This document shows, piece by piece, positions 54,975 through 64,000 of a stretch of DNA of 64,000 nt. The stretch comes from a virus, in the IMG/VR virus record IMGVR_UViG_3300028197_000003, positions 32,001-96,000 of that record, one strand, 5' to 3'. The position numbers were made by a program, and so were the translations under genes. How positions within the stretch are numbered: the first letter of the stretch is position 1; each line of letters opens with the position of its first letter. The notes beneath the pieces were generated by a model that had not been told where the DNA came from, made no database searches, and worked only from the letters and a program-made list of their open reading frames with translations.

Positions 54975-55985
54975 ATGGACTTTTTCAAAGACATCATCAA
55001 GGAGATTGGAGATGACTTCACCAAACTCGCATCGGATGTTGACGATACGGAGCGATTTGTTGACACTGGTTCTTACATTTTCAATGCCCTTGTTAGTGGC
55101 AGCATTTATGGGGGAATTAGTGGTGACAGAATTACCGCTATTGCAGGTGAAACCTCAACAGGTAAAACTTTCTTCTCTCTCGCTGTAGTCAAAGATTTTC
55201 TAGAGAAGAACCCTGATGGTGGGGTCATGTATTTTGATACAGAATCTGCTATCAAGAAGAACATGCTGGTGGCACGTGGCATTGACTTGCAGAGGTTTGG
55301 TCATGTGCAGGTTGTAACAATTGAGCAGTTCCGAAACCGAGCACTAAAGATTGTAGACAAATACCTAAGTATTCCTGAAGGTGATCGCAAACCCATGATG
55401 TTTGTCCTAGATTCTCTAGGCATGCTTTCCACTGAAAAGGAGATCAGAGATGTCCTTGAAGACAAGCAAACTCGCGACATGACTAAAAGTCAACTTGTCA
55501 AGGGTGCTTTCCGTATGCTCACACTCAAACTAGGTCAAGCTCATGTGCCGCTCATTGTCACCAACCATACGTATGATGTCATCGGAGCTTACGTACCAAC
55601 TAAAGAGATGGGAGGAGGTTCTGGACTCAAGTATGCAGCAAGTACAATCATCTATCTCAGTAAGGCAAAGGAGAAGGATGGAACAGAGATCGTCGGAAAC
55701 ATTATCAAGGCTAAGACAGTCAAGTCTCGTTTGAGTCGTGAAAATAAGGTTGCTGCTATTCGTCTTTATTACGACGAACGTGGTCTTGATCGCTACTACG
55801 GTCTACTGGATCTTGGTGAGTCCTCTGGTGTGATCAAGAAAGTTGGTAACAGGTATGAGATTGACGGTAAAAAGGTGTATGCTAAAGAGGTATACTCCAA
55901 TCCTGAAAAGTATTTCACGGAAGATCTTATGTCTCAACTCGATGAGGCGGCACAAAAAGAGTTCACTTACGGTGGGGGTGAATGA
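54975..55985 (+). CDS. uvsX: RecA-like recombinase
   Basis: AGETSTGKT; FDTE; MGGGSGLKYAAS. Confidence 0.96.
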   Translation: MDFFKDIIKEIGDDFTKLASDVDDTERFVDTGSYIFNALVSGSIYGGISGDRITAIAGETSTGKTFFSLAVVKDFLEKNPDGGVMYFDTESAIKKNMLVARGIDLQRFGHVQVVTIEQFRNRALKIVDKYLSIPEGDRKPMMFVLDSLGMLSTEKEIRDVLEDKQTRDMTKSQLVKGAFRMLTLKLGQAHVPLIVTNHTYDVIGAYVPTKEMGGGSGLKYAASTIIYLSKAKEKDGTEIVGNIIKAKTVKSRLSRENKVAAIRLYYDERGLDRYYGLLDLGESSGVIKKVGNRYEIDGKKVYAKEVYSNPEKYFTEDLMSQLDEAAQKEFTYGGGE

Positions 55986-57370
55986 CCGAAAGGATCCCGC
56001 TAACGATCCTCAGCAATCTGGTCACAGATGAAAACTATGCACGGCAGGTACTGCCGTTCATAGAACCCGATTACTTTGAAGAAAGGACTGATCGGGTAGT
56101 CTTTGAGCAGGTTGCTTCTTTTCTATCTGAGTATGATGCTCTCCCTAGTAAGGAGGTTCTTCATATTGAGATTGAAAAACGGACAGATATTACTCAAGAC
56201 GAGCACACCACTATCACTCAGTTGGTGTCCTCTTTGGAAGCAAGTGAGTCTGAGTCTAAGTGGTTGCTTGACACTACTGAATCGTGGTGTAAGCAACGTG
56301 CCATCTACCTAGCACTAATCAAAAGTATTCAGGTTGCTGATGGTGCTGATGAAAATCTCGCTCCCGATGCAATTCCTGGTATCCTTTCCGATGCTCTTGC
56401 TGTCGGGTTTGATCAAAGTGTCGGGCATGATTACCTTGACGATGCTGAGGCTCGCTATGAGTATTATCATCGGATTGAGAATAAAATTCCTTTTGATCTT
56501 GAATATTTCAATAAGATTACTTCGGGTGGACTCAGTGATAAGACTCTCAACATTGCTTTAGCTGGCACTGGTGTTGGTAAGTCTTTGTTCATGTGTCACC
56601 TTGCTGCTAGTGTTCTTCTCCAAGGGAAAAATGTTCTATACATTACAATGGAGATGTCTGAAGAGAAAATTGCAGAGAGGATTGACGCTAACCTTTTAGA
56701 TGTCAACATCTCAGATATACAGAATGTACCTGAACAAACTTTCAAAAAGAAAATTGCAAAGATTGTATCCAAAACATCTGGTCATCTGATTGTCAAAGAA
56801 TATCCTACTGCTTCCGCACATGTAGGACATTTTCGTGCACTGCTTCAGGAGTTGAAGTTGAAAAAATCCTTCATTCCTGATATAATATTTGTGGACTATC
56901 TCAACATATGTGCTTCATCTCGATATAGAGGTGCTGCCAATGTGAATTCTTATTCTTATGTCAAAGCAATCGCAGAAGAACTCCGGGGGCTCGCGGTCGA
57001 AACCGTTGTCCCAGTGGTCTCAGCTACGCAGACTACTCGCTCTGGTTTTTCTAGTTCAGATCCTAACCTTACTGATACTTCTGAATCATTTGGCCTTCCA
57101 GCTACCGCTGATCTTATGTTCGCTTTGGTTTCTACCGAAGATATGGAACGACTTAGCCAAATAATGGTCAAGCAGTTGAAGAATCGTTACAACGATATCA
57201 ACATGCACAAGAGGTTTGTCGTAGGGATTGACCGTGCTAAGATGAGACTGTACGACTGCGAGCAGACAGCACAGGATGACCTGGTTGACGACATCGTAGA
57301 AGTACAACACATGTCTAAAGAAGACAACACCAAATCCAAATCAAAATTCGACGACTTCAAATGGGAGTAG
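55982..57370 (+). CDS. gp41: Replicative helicase
   Basis: LAGTGVGKS; FVDYL; SATQTTRSG; KQLKNRY. Confidence 0.97.
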   Translation: MTERIPLTILSNLVTDENYARQVLPFIEPDYFEERTDRVVFEQVASFLSEYDALPSKEVLHIEIEKRTDITQDEHTTITQLVSSLEASESESKWLLDTTESWCKQRAIYLALIKSIQVADGADENLAPDAIPGILSDALAVGFDQSVGHDYLDDAEARYEYYHRIENKIPFDLEYFNKITSGGLSDKTLNIALAGTGVGKSLFMCHLAASVLLQGKNVLYITMEMSEEKIAERIDANLLDVNISDIQNVPEQTFKKKIAKIVSKTSGHLIVKEYPTASAHVGHFRALLQELKLKKSFIPDIIFVDYLNICASSRYRGAANVNSYSYVKAIAEELRGLAVETVVPVVSATQTTRSGFSSSDPNLTDTSESFGLPATADLMFALVSTEDMERLSQIMVKQLKNRYNDINMHKRFVVGIDRAKMRLYDCEQTAQDDLVDDIVEVQHMSKEDNTKSKSKFDDFKWE

Positions 57371-57762
57371 ATTTTTCTAGTTACCAACACTTTGTAAACA
57401 CAGTGACAAGTAAAGAATCACAAGATTCTGATGCTTTCATCTATCGTTTGCAAGAACTTGGTAGCGAAATTCCAATCCAACGTCTTCTAACTGCTGCTGT
57501 AGGCATCTCTGCTGAAGGTGGTGAGTTTACGGAGATCGTAAAGAAAATGATTTTCCAAGGCAAACCTGCTAATGAGGAAAACTTGTACCACCTAAAGCGG
57601 GAATTGGGTGATGTAATGTGGTATGTGGCACAAGCATGCATGGCACTGGACGTGGACATGAATGAAGTGCTAGATATGAATATCAAAAAACTGGAATCCC
57701 GTTTCCCCGAGGGTACTTTCAGTGAGTTCTATTCAGAGAATCGTAAAGATGGAGACATCTAA
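57361..57762 (+). CDS. mazG: MazG-family nucleotide pyrophosphohydrolase
   Basis: EGGEFTEIVKK; ELGDVMWY; KLESRFP. Confidence 0.93.
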   Translation: MGVDFSSYQHFVNTVTSKESQDSDAFIYRLQELGSEIPIQRLLTAAVGISAEGGEFTEIVKKMIFQGKPANEENLYHLKRELGDVMWYVAQACMALDVDMNEVLDMNIKKLESRFPEGTFSEFYSENRKDGDI

Positions 57763-58438
57763 TCTTTGCATAACCTGCATCAAAATTGGAGACAAATTTG
57801 ATGCAGGTTATGTGAACAAACTCTATGATATGGTGCATCGTCAGATTGATGTACCATTTTTTTGTTTTACTGATAACCCTAGTGGCATCAAAGAAGGTGT
57901 TACTGTGGTTGAGATTGATGTTACTGAATATTCTCAATGGGAGAATTGGTGGCCAGCATGGTGGAAGATCAATATGTTTGTCCGCCCTGAAATACAGGAC
58001 TTCAAACGTAAAATCTTCTTTGATTTGGATGTGATTATCCATGGAGATCTTAGTAAAATTTATGAATTCAATAGTCCATTTGCTTTGGTCTATTCTTCTT
58101 GGAAAGGATTACAATTCCAAGTCAAAAACCCAACCAAATCGATGTTCAATTCCAGTGTAATTGCATGGGATGATGCAAAGCACATTTATGATCATTGGAT
58201 GCAGGATGCTAAGGGATTCGTTGCCAAGTATGCTGGAACTGATGACTTCTATCATAACGAAAAGATCAAAAGATATCGTCTCCCACCTATCATCTACTCA
58301 TATAGGGATGGTTGTATTCCAGGGCAACAAAATTGTTTAGAATTTAGACCATGGATGGGACTTGCTATTCTCCATCAGCACCCTAAGAACCATGAACTAG
58401 ACCCAAATATACATATTATTGCTAGGTATTGGGGATAG
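57749..58438 (+). CDS. Glycosyltransferase-like protein (GT-A fold)
   Basis: KIGDKF..GYV; WWKINMF; FFDLDVII (DxD); HQHPKNH. Confidence 0.7.
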   Translation: METSNLCITCIKIGDKFDAGYVNKLYDMVHRQIDVPFFCFTDNPSGIKEGVTVVEIDVTEYSQWENWWPAWWKINMFVRPEIQDFKRKIFFDLDVIIHGDLSKIYEFNSPFALVYSSWKGLQFQVKNPTKSMFNSSVIAWDDAKHIYDHWMQDAKGFVAKYAGTDDFYHNEKIKRYRLPPIIYSYRDGCIPGQQNCLEFRPWMGLAILHQHPKNHELDPNIHIIARYWG

Positions 58439-58440
58439 TA

Positions 58441-59538
58441 ATGGCAAAGATTGATCCAAAGCATCTCAAGAAATATACTGTCAAGTGGATTCTTTCTAAT
58501 GAACCACTTGATTTTTTTATGAGAATTGCTAAGTCATTCGAGCATCATATGGATCGCCGCATGCCTGGTAGAGTCAATTTTGAAATTATGTCTGCTCAAG
58601 AGTATGCAGTCAAGTATAATGATGGAGTTGAGATTGATCATGATGATGTGCTTAGATTGTTGAAAGAAAATGAGATCCAACTAGCAGATTTTCCTGCACC
58701 TTTGTTTGCACAAAAGATCAAAGAGCGTTATCAGAATCGTCAAACTAGGGGGAAAGATTTAGATTTTGTTGAAAGTGATTGGTCAAGCATTGAAATGCCA
58801 TTTCTTTTTAGAAATGAAACGCATGCCACTGCGTTTATGCAGTCCCATATGGGTGAACAACTTCTTTACTATCGTAATCAGTTGAAAGTAAAACCTATGG
58901 CAATGGTGTCTTGGGGTGGATCTAAATTGATTGCTGGGGACAAACCCTATATGTCACCTGAGGATTTTGAAGGTAGTAAAGTTAGTCTCCAATACCATAC
59001 TGCAGTAGCAGAGAAAATTTTTGAGTCTTTGGGTGCTGAGGTCACTGATTCTGACGCTGATGCATATGAGACAGACATGCCCTCCTTTGATATGTCTAAG
59101 AAGGTGGTTACTGAACTGAATCACAGCATCAATACTAATATTATCCTTGCATCTCATGAGTTCTGGAGGAATGTAATCAAGTGTGAGTGTGATTACAGAG
59201 AGCATACTAAAGAAGAAGAGGACGGTTGTCTAAGAAAACAATTGAAACGTGCATGCAATGAAGCAACACGTGATAGAGACGTGTGGAATGATGAAATGAC
59301 TGCTAAGTTTAGGCAAGAATGTGAGTCAAGAGGCATTGAGTTACATCAGGTATCTGACTCCACTCCTTTCAAAGAAAAGACTGCTTCTGTATATGATCAG
59401 TTTGTAAAATTCTTCTATGACGAACAGTTTATTGACAGTGAAAGTGAGGTTGTCAAGCATGACCTCAGAACAAGAGTCAATGATTTGTCTGACAACAGTA
59501 GAAGTGCTTGGTGTGACGACCTTACTATTGACCAATGA
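58441..59538 (+). CDS. dctP: Second DctP-like substrate-binding protein, no signal peptide
   Basis: IEMPFLF; PEDFEG; FESLGA; shares W..EP..F.R.A..F and KYN.GV with 11958-12914. Confidence 0.7.
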   Translation: MAKIDPKHLKKYTVKWILSNEPLDFFMRIAKSFEHHMDRRMPGRVNFEIMSAQEYAVKYNDGVEIDHDDVLRLLKENEIQLADFPAPLFAQKIKERYQNRQTRGKDLDFVESDWSSIEMPFLFRNETHATAFMQSHMGEQLLYYRNQLKVKPMAMVSWGGSKLIAGDKPYMSPEDFEGSKVSLQYHTAVAEKIFESLGAEVTDSDADAYETDMPSFDMSKKVVTELNHSINTNIILASHEFWRNVIKCECDYREHTKEEEDGCLRKQLKRACNEATRDRDVWNDEMTAKFRQECESRGIELHQVSDSTPFKEKTASVYDQFVKFFYDEQFIDSESEVVKHDLRTRVNDLSDNSRSAWCDDLTIDQ

Positions 59539-59840
59539 ACGAAGAACTAATTGACTCCATCATCAAGATGTACCGATCAACCTCAGAAGGTAGTCGGAGG
59601 ATGACAAAGAAACGACGAATGAATAGTTTTTGTCGTTTTGTATTGGCGCTTACTAGCAACGATAAATACAAAGAGTACCAAACACCTTTGATGGTGTGGG
59701 TTCAGAAGTATCAGGATCAAATTTACAGCAAACTAAGTGAAGAAGTTCTCGACCTTCATAACCGAAGCCCGCGTTACCAAAGCATCGCAAGAAGCGAAGC
59801 GTTTGGGACTAGTCGGGGACGGTCACGGCGATTGGTATGA
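59535..59840 (+). CDS. Hypothetical protein (101 aa)
   Basis: ATGA-coupled; 3' end overlaps the next ORF. Confidence 0.55.
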   Translation: MNEELIDSIIKMYRSTSEGSRRMTKKRRMNSFCRFVLALTSNDKYKEYQTPLMVWVQKYQDQIYSKLSEEVLDLHNRSPRYQSIARSEAFGTSRGRSRRLV

Positions 59841-60633
59841 CCGCCAAGGAAACCTAAAAGCAAAAACTGTCTCAGGTTTACTTCAAATGTACTCAGCATC
59901 TGCTGGGGATAAGGATGGACTTGGTACGTCAGGATCTAAAGCAGCATCGGTTGTAGCAAAAAGGACTACCGGTGATGGTGAAGACTATGGTAGGAAGGTA
60001 GCAACAGGGGGACCGTCATCTGCGGAACCCAATCCTAATTCCGCCAATGGACAAGCAAAAGCAGCACTCCAACAGGTCAGTCGGGATAACCCCCTTACAA
60101 TTGCCTTTGATAAGTTTGACTCTGACGAGGTAACTGCTAATATACTAGCCACAGTGGAAGAAATTTCCGGTGGCACTTACTACTATGTGTTTCCCAGTAG
60201 GGACACAAACATTCAAGAACTAAAAAATGCATATCCTGAGATTGGCGATGCCTTCGTTGATGACGCAAATGCAGAGACCATCTACGATGTCCTCTCCTCA
60301 CTCTATGAAAACGGTTTTGACGCGATTAGTATCGTTGTACGACAGTCAAGAGCAAAAGAAATCTCAGAGTTAGCACTCAAAGGGAACGGTCAACTATACA
60401 ACTATGTGATGCTAAACGTCATCCCTGTAGATGAACGTAGTGTTCGTGAACAGTATATTGCGGGTGATATTTTCCAGAACGGATCCTTTATTGAGTCTAA
60501 TGGAAAGACGGGGCAAGTGTTCCGTAGAGGTGCTAATCATCTGATCTGTATGGGTGAAGATAAGAAAATTTTTAGAGCATGGATTTCCGACTCTAAACAA
60601 GTAGATAAGTTTCTGTTACCCCAAGACTTTTGA
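59737..60633 (+). CDS. Degenerate cytidyltransferase-like protein with capsid-targeting-like N-terminus
   Basis: MKKFSTFITEA; LTIAFDKF where a TFGRFNPP...GH motif would be expected; REQYIAGDIF tail. Confidence 0.55.
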   Translation: MKKFSTFITEARVTKASQEAKRLGLVGDGHGDWYDRQGNLKAKTVSGLLQMYSASAGDKDGLGTSGSKAASVVAKRTTGDGEDYGRKVATGGPSSAEPNPNSANGQAKAALQQVSRDNPLTIAFDKFDSDEVTANILATVEEISGGTYYYVFPSRDTNIQELKNAYPEIGDAFVDDANAETIYDVLSSLYENGFDAISIVVRQSRAKEISELALKGNGQLYNYVMLNVIPVDERSVREQYIAGDIFQNGSFIESNGKTGQVFRRGANHLICMGEDKKIFRAWISDSKQVDKFLLPQDF

Positions 60634-60638
60634 CACAC

Positions 60639-60644
60639 TAAATA
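60639..60644 (+). promoter_or_regulatory. Late promoter TAAATA
   Basis: Upstream of ORF 60672. Confidence 0.7.
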
Positions 60645-60671
60645 ATTGAACGGTAAAATTACGTTCGTAAG

Positions 60672-62354
60672 ATGAGTAACCCTTGGGCACAGACGTATAA
60701 TGAATTGCGTCGTCCTTATCTTGAAGAGAAGAAGGCAAAGAAAGATCATGATGGTGACGGCAAAGTAGAAAGCGGTTCAAAAGAACACGCTGGTGCTGTT
60801 CACAATGCTATCCAACGTGCCAAGGGTGGTAAAGCGGATGGTCAGGACACTCGTAAAGAAGCATTCAGCATGGCTGCTGACCCTGAGAAACGGGCACTAC
60901 CTCGTCCTACTAGTAAGGCAGAGAATAAAAAAAGTATGAGCATGAGGTCTCGTGCTGTAAAGGCAGTGGGTACTCAGCGTCGCCAAGATAAGGAAGTTGG
61001 TATTTCTGGGAAGAAAAACCCAAGAGCACACGCTAAAGAAAGTGTCTGGGCTGGTAATTATCAAGGTCCTCTTTATGCTTCTTGGACTGCCGTCGAAGAA
61101 GGCAAGAAACAAATGCCTATGGTAAAGATGTACCGTAAGGCAGGTAATCTTGGACGTGATGGAAGTCCAGAGGCAATGGAACGTTCCAAGAAAATCACTG
61201 GTGTGATGAACGCTAACGCTGAAAGGCGTGCTGCTCATCGTGCAAAGGATGATGCTGCCAAGGATGCCAAGGCATCAAAGAAGATGAAAAAAGAAGAGGT
61301 TGAAGTAGAAGGTTACGTTCCTATGGATTCTGCAAAGAAGGAAAAGATTGGTCGTCAGTCTAATAAAGCTTATGCTAAGGAAGTTGTTGCTGCTCGTCAT
61401 GGTAAAGAAAAGGAGGCCAATAAGCAGATGCAACGTCGGATTGCAATGCAGGATCCTGCAGGACGTAAAGCATCACTAAAGAAAGAAGAAACTGCTATTG
61501 AAGAAGGCAGCATGTCAACAGCACGTAAAAACGTTGGTGCTTCTACTTGCTGGAAGGGTTACAAGGCAAAGGGAACCAAGAGCAAGGGTGGTCGTACTGT
61601 CCCCAATTGTGTCAAGGAACGTTCTGACTGGCGTGAAGAAATGGGGGATGACGGTTTTTTTTCCGAAGCCGCTAAGCGTCAAAATGATTTAGACATCAAG
61701 ACGAGCGGCGTCAAAAACAAAATTGAGATCAACCCTGAGATCAAAACTGAAGGTGTCGATAAGCGAAGAGCACCAGCAGAACTAGTTGCACGAATGAGTG
61801 CAAAAAGAGAAGGTGAGATGGCGCATGATGGTCCTAACAAACCAGCATCTGATGCTAAAGCACGGATCATGGCGAAGACTAAAAAAAAACGTGAGCAGGC
61901 AAAAGAAAACATCATGAAGGGTCCTCTTCTTCCTGGCGAAGGACGTAAGGTATTCCCTAAGGGTGCTGCACCTAAAGCGACTGGTGCAAAACTGCCTCTT
62001 CAAACGGCATCATATAATCCTATGCTTGACTCTGTAGAAGCACAAGCACTCCAGATGTTTGAGCGTACTCGTTACGCTAAAGAGAAAGGTACAGATTCTC
62101 AGACTGGTAAAGAGTCTAAGAGTGGTGGAACTATCAAACCTGGATCTGCTATGTCCAAGGTTCGTAAGAGTCTTGCTGGTCAAGGTCTAATGTCCTCTCG
62201 TGGCAAAGCGATCCAACCGCAAGGTAAAAAGAAGGATAAAGGTGCTAAAGGTTATCAAGGACAAACACCTGTAGATAAGATCAAGGGAAACCTTGCACGT
62301 AAGAGAGCACCAAAACCTAACCCATATAAACCACGTGCTGGGGAGTCTGATTGA
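60672..62354 (+). CDS. Basic low-complexity putative internal head protein
   Basis: 560 aa, K/R/A-rich; KKDHDGDG and CWKGYK...VPNCV modules. Confidence 0.65.
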   Translation: MSNPWAQTYNELRRPYLEEKKAKKDHDGDGKVESGSKEHAGAVHNAIQRAKGGKADGQDTRKEAFSMAADPEKRALPRPTSKAENKKSMSMRSRAVKAVGTQRRQDKEVGISGKKNPRAHAKESVWAGNYQGPLYASWTAVEEGKKQMPMVKMYRKAGNLGRDGSPEAMERSKKITGVMNANAERRAAHRAKDDAAKDAKASKKMKKEEVEVEGYVPMDSAKKEKIGRQSNKAYAKEVVAARHGKEKEANKQMQRRIAMQDPAGRKASLKKEETAIEEGSMSTARKNVGASTCWKGYKAKGTKSKGGRTVPNCVKERSDWREEMGDDGFFSEAAKRQNDLDIKTSGVKNKIEINPEIKTEGVDKRRAPAELVARMSAKREGEMAHDGPNKPASDAKARIMAKTKKKREQAKENIMKGPLLPGEGRKVFPKGAAPKATGAKLPLQTASYNPMLDSVEAQALQMFERTRYAKEKGTDSQTGKESKSGGTIKPGSAMSKVRKSLAGQGLMSSRGKAIQPQGKKKDKGAKGYQGQTPVDKIKGNLARKRAPKPNPYKPRAGESD

Positions 62355-63316
62355 TGAAAAGTTTTAGAGATTTCTTTGAAGATGTAGAACTTACTGACGC
62401 ATATGGTGAGACTTTTGCTGTCATTCATGACGTAGTAAAAGTTGAACCATTGAAACGTGCTAGATTCCCGAACGCCCCATTCCGTGAGGACGATGTAAAT
62501 GAGGTAGAGGAAGGTGCTGCCATGACCCAACAGGGTAGGGCAGAACATATGGCACAGCGGATGTTGAACCAGGCAAAGGGTGCTGCTGTCAGATATGATG
62601 CTGCTAAACAAGCAGCAAAGACTGTGAAAACCACAAGTGGTAGTACGAAAACCCGTGTAATGGAGAAATTCAAAACTCAATATGGTAAGAAAGATAAGAT
62701 GGCTCAGTCTTCTGAAAGGAAGACTTTGGGTCGTCGTTCTTCTACTAAAGATGGGTCTAAGCCAACTGGTTACGAATCTCCAAAAGAATTTCGTGACAAG
62801 TCTATGCCTCTCCGTAAATTCCGTGACCGGTTTCAAAAAGAAGGTGTTATTACTGGTGCATTAGCAGGTGCTGCATTGGTTGGCGGTGTTGCTTCTATGA
62901 TGAATAATGCAAAGAAAGCTACAAGTAAAGATAATCATAGTGATAAATCAGTTGGTAAACCAACTCTTCAGGGTGTAGCATCTGGGATTAGAAATAGAAA
63001 TGCTGCTTTGAAAAAGGCAATGAACAATTCTTTTGATCCCATTTCGTCTGGTGTTTCTATTTTTCTTGAAGGAAGTGCCTGGACAAAAAAGTCCGGGAAG
63101 AATCAGGAAGGTGGTCTCAATGAAAAAGGACGCAAGTCTTATGAGAAAGCAAATCCTGGTTCTGACCTAAAAGCACCCACGAAAACTAAGGGAAATCCTC
63201 GTCGTTCTTCGTTCTGTGCACGCATGAAGGGAATGAAAAGCAAGTTGACTTCTAAGAAAACTGCATCTGATCCAGATAGCAGAATCAATAAGTCACTTCG
63301 TAAGTGGGATTGCTGA
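62354..63316 (+). CDS. Basic modular putative internal head protein
   Basis: MKSFRDFFED; C-terminal AWT.K.GKN..GGLNEKGRKSY...SFCARM...LRKWDC module. Confidence 0.65.
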   Translation: MKSFRDFFEDVELTDAYGETFAVIHDVVKVEPLKRARFPNAPFREDDVNEVEEGAAMTQQGRAEHMAQRMLNQAKGAAVRYDAAKQAAKTVKTTSGSTKTRVMEKFKTQYGKKDKMAQSSERKTLGRRSSTKDGSKPTGYESPKEFRDKSMPLRKFRDRFQKEGVITGALAGAALVGGVASMMNNAKKATSKDNHSDKSVGKPTLQGVASGIRNRNAALKKAMNNSFDPISSGVSIFLEGSAWTKKSGKNQEGGLNEKGRKSYEKANPGSDLKAPTKTKGNPRRSSFCARMKGMKSKLTSKKTASDPDSRINKSLRKWDC

Positions 63317-63345
63317 ATATATAGTGTGATGTTGCAATGTAACTG

Positions 63346-63546
63346 ATGGCTTTTTTACTTCCACTCGCATCCAAAATTCTGATGGATGCTGTCGCCAAGA
63401 TTCCCGAGAATGAGGAACTGGGCGAACTTATGATCAACGTTTGCGTCACCATTCTTCGCAAGGCGGTTTCAATGACTAAAACTGAGATGGATGACATCCT
63501 CCTCGAACAAGTTGTTGCTGCTATCAAAGTAAAGGACGACGCCTAA
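63346..63546 (+). CDS. Hypothetical protein (66 aa)
   Basis: ATG ORF, helical. Confidence 0.65.
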   Translation: MAFLLPLASKILMDAVAKIPENEELGELMINVCVTILRKAVSMTKTEMDDILLEQVVAAIKVKDDA

Positions 63547-63548
63547 CC

Positions 63549-63554
63549 TAAATA
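63549..63554 (+). promoter_or_regulatory. Late promoter TAAATA
   Basis: 27 nt before ATG 63582. Confidence 0.7.
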
Positions 63555-63581
63555 TCTAAACGACTAACCTACGAGAAACAC

Positions 63582-64000
63582 ATGGCACTTTGGGGAGCAT
63601 CTGACGCAGACGAATCTAAACCCAAGAATCTGACTGCTGCCGAAAAGAAAGAAGTTTATGCTGCCGAAGCAGGTTGGGTCCTCCGTGGCGGGTCTACTCT
63701 CACCGGTTGTGACAATACCAATGCTACACCTGAAGTGCTGGTCGCTATTAGCGGTCTAGCAGTTTCTATTGGTGCTGCTGATATTACTGACATCAGACTG
63801 ATTACTTCATCCTTCAGCAAAGCTGCTGGTGGTACATTGTCTGTTCGCGTTTCGTTCAACGAAGAAGTGGATGTTACTGGCACCCCTCAACTCGAAGTTG
63901 TCAACGATACCAATAGCAACCACACCCTTTCCTATCTCTCAGGTACGGGCACCTATCGTCTCCTGTTTACGCTCGCCATTGCTGCTAACAATGCCGCAAC
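63582..64000 (+). CDS. Virion structural protein, 3'-truncated by the window edge
   Basis: Not in track (no stop); MALWGASDADESKPK...FNEEVDVTGTPQL; late promoter. Confidence 0.65.
   Translation, partial: MALWGASDADESKPKNLTAAEKKEVYAAEAGWVLRGGSTLTGCDNTNATPEVLVAISGLAVSIGAADITDIRLITSSFSKAAGGTLSVRVSFNEEVDVTGTPQLEVVNDTNSNHTLSYLSGTGTYRLLFTLAIAANNAA

Noticed and set aside
1-64000. CRISPR array, stop-codon reassignment, introns, inteins or homing endonucleases in core genes
   Set aside because: No spaced direct repeats; core genes are uninterrupted, of usual length, and end at standard TAA, TGA or TAG.
1-64000. UV-dimer avoidance or 2-aminoadenine DNA as the cause of TTAA loss
   Set aside because: TT, TTT, TTA and TAA are all abundant, so the effect is specific to the tetramer; no purZ-like gene is in the window.

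Overview
Internal 64-kb segment of a T4-like cyanomyovirus genome; a marine Synechococcus/Prochlorococcus host is inferred from the hli genes and gene order. Order: tail-associated/fibre genes (1-8.7 kb); an accessory island with a SAM methyltransferase, a ferritin-like di-iron protein, five sulfotransferase-fold ORFs and a signal-peptide-less TRAP DctP-like protein (8.7-15.9 kb); gp13-gp23 (17-32 kb); gp3-uvsY-uvsW-gp55-gp47-gp46 (33.5-41 kb); a porin-like gene and hli operon (41-44 kb); the replication module gp45-gp44-dam-gp62-regA-hsp20-gp43-uvsX-gp41-mazG (44-58 kb); a glycosyltransferase-like gene with a second DctP-like gene; and basic putative internal head proteins (60-64 kb). Many T4-type late promoters (TAAATA), several sigma70-type promoters and intrinsic terminators are visible. 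The strongest unexplained signal is that I found no TTAA tetramer while reading the window, even in very AT-rich genes; a putative PD-(D/E)xK nuclease sits next to dam. No tRNA, CRISPR array, intron or intein was seen. All product calls are from motif recognition by eye, without database searches.
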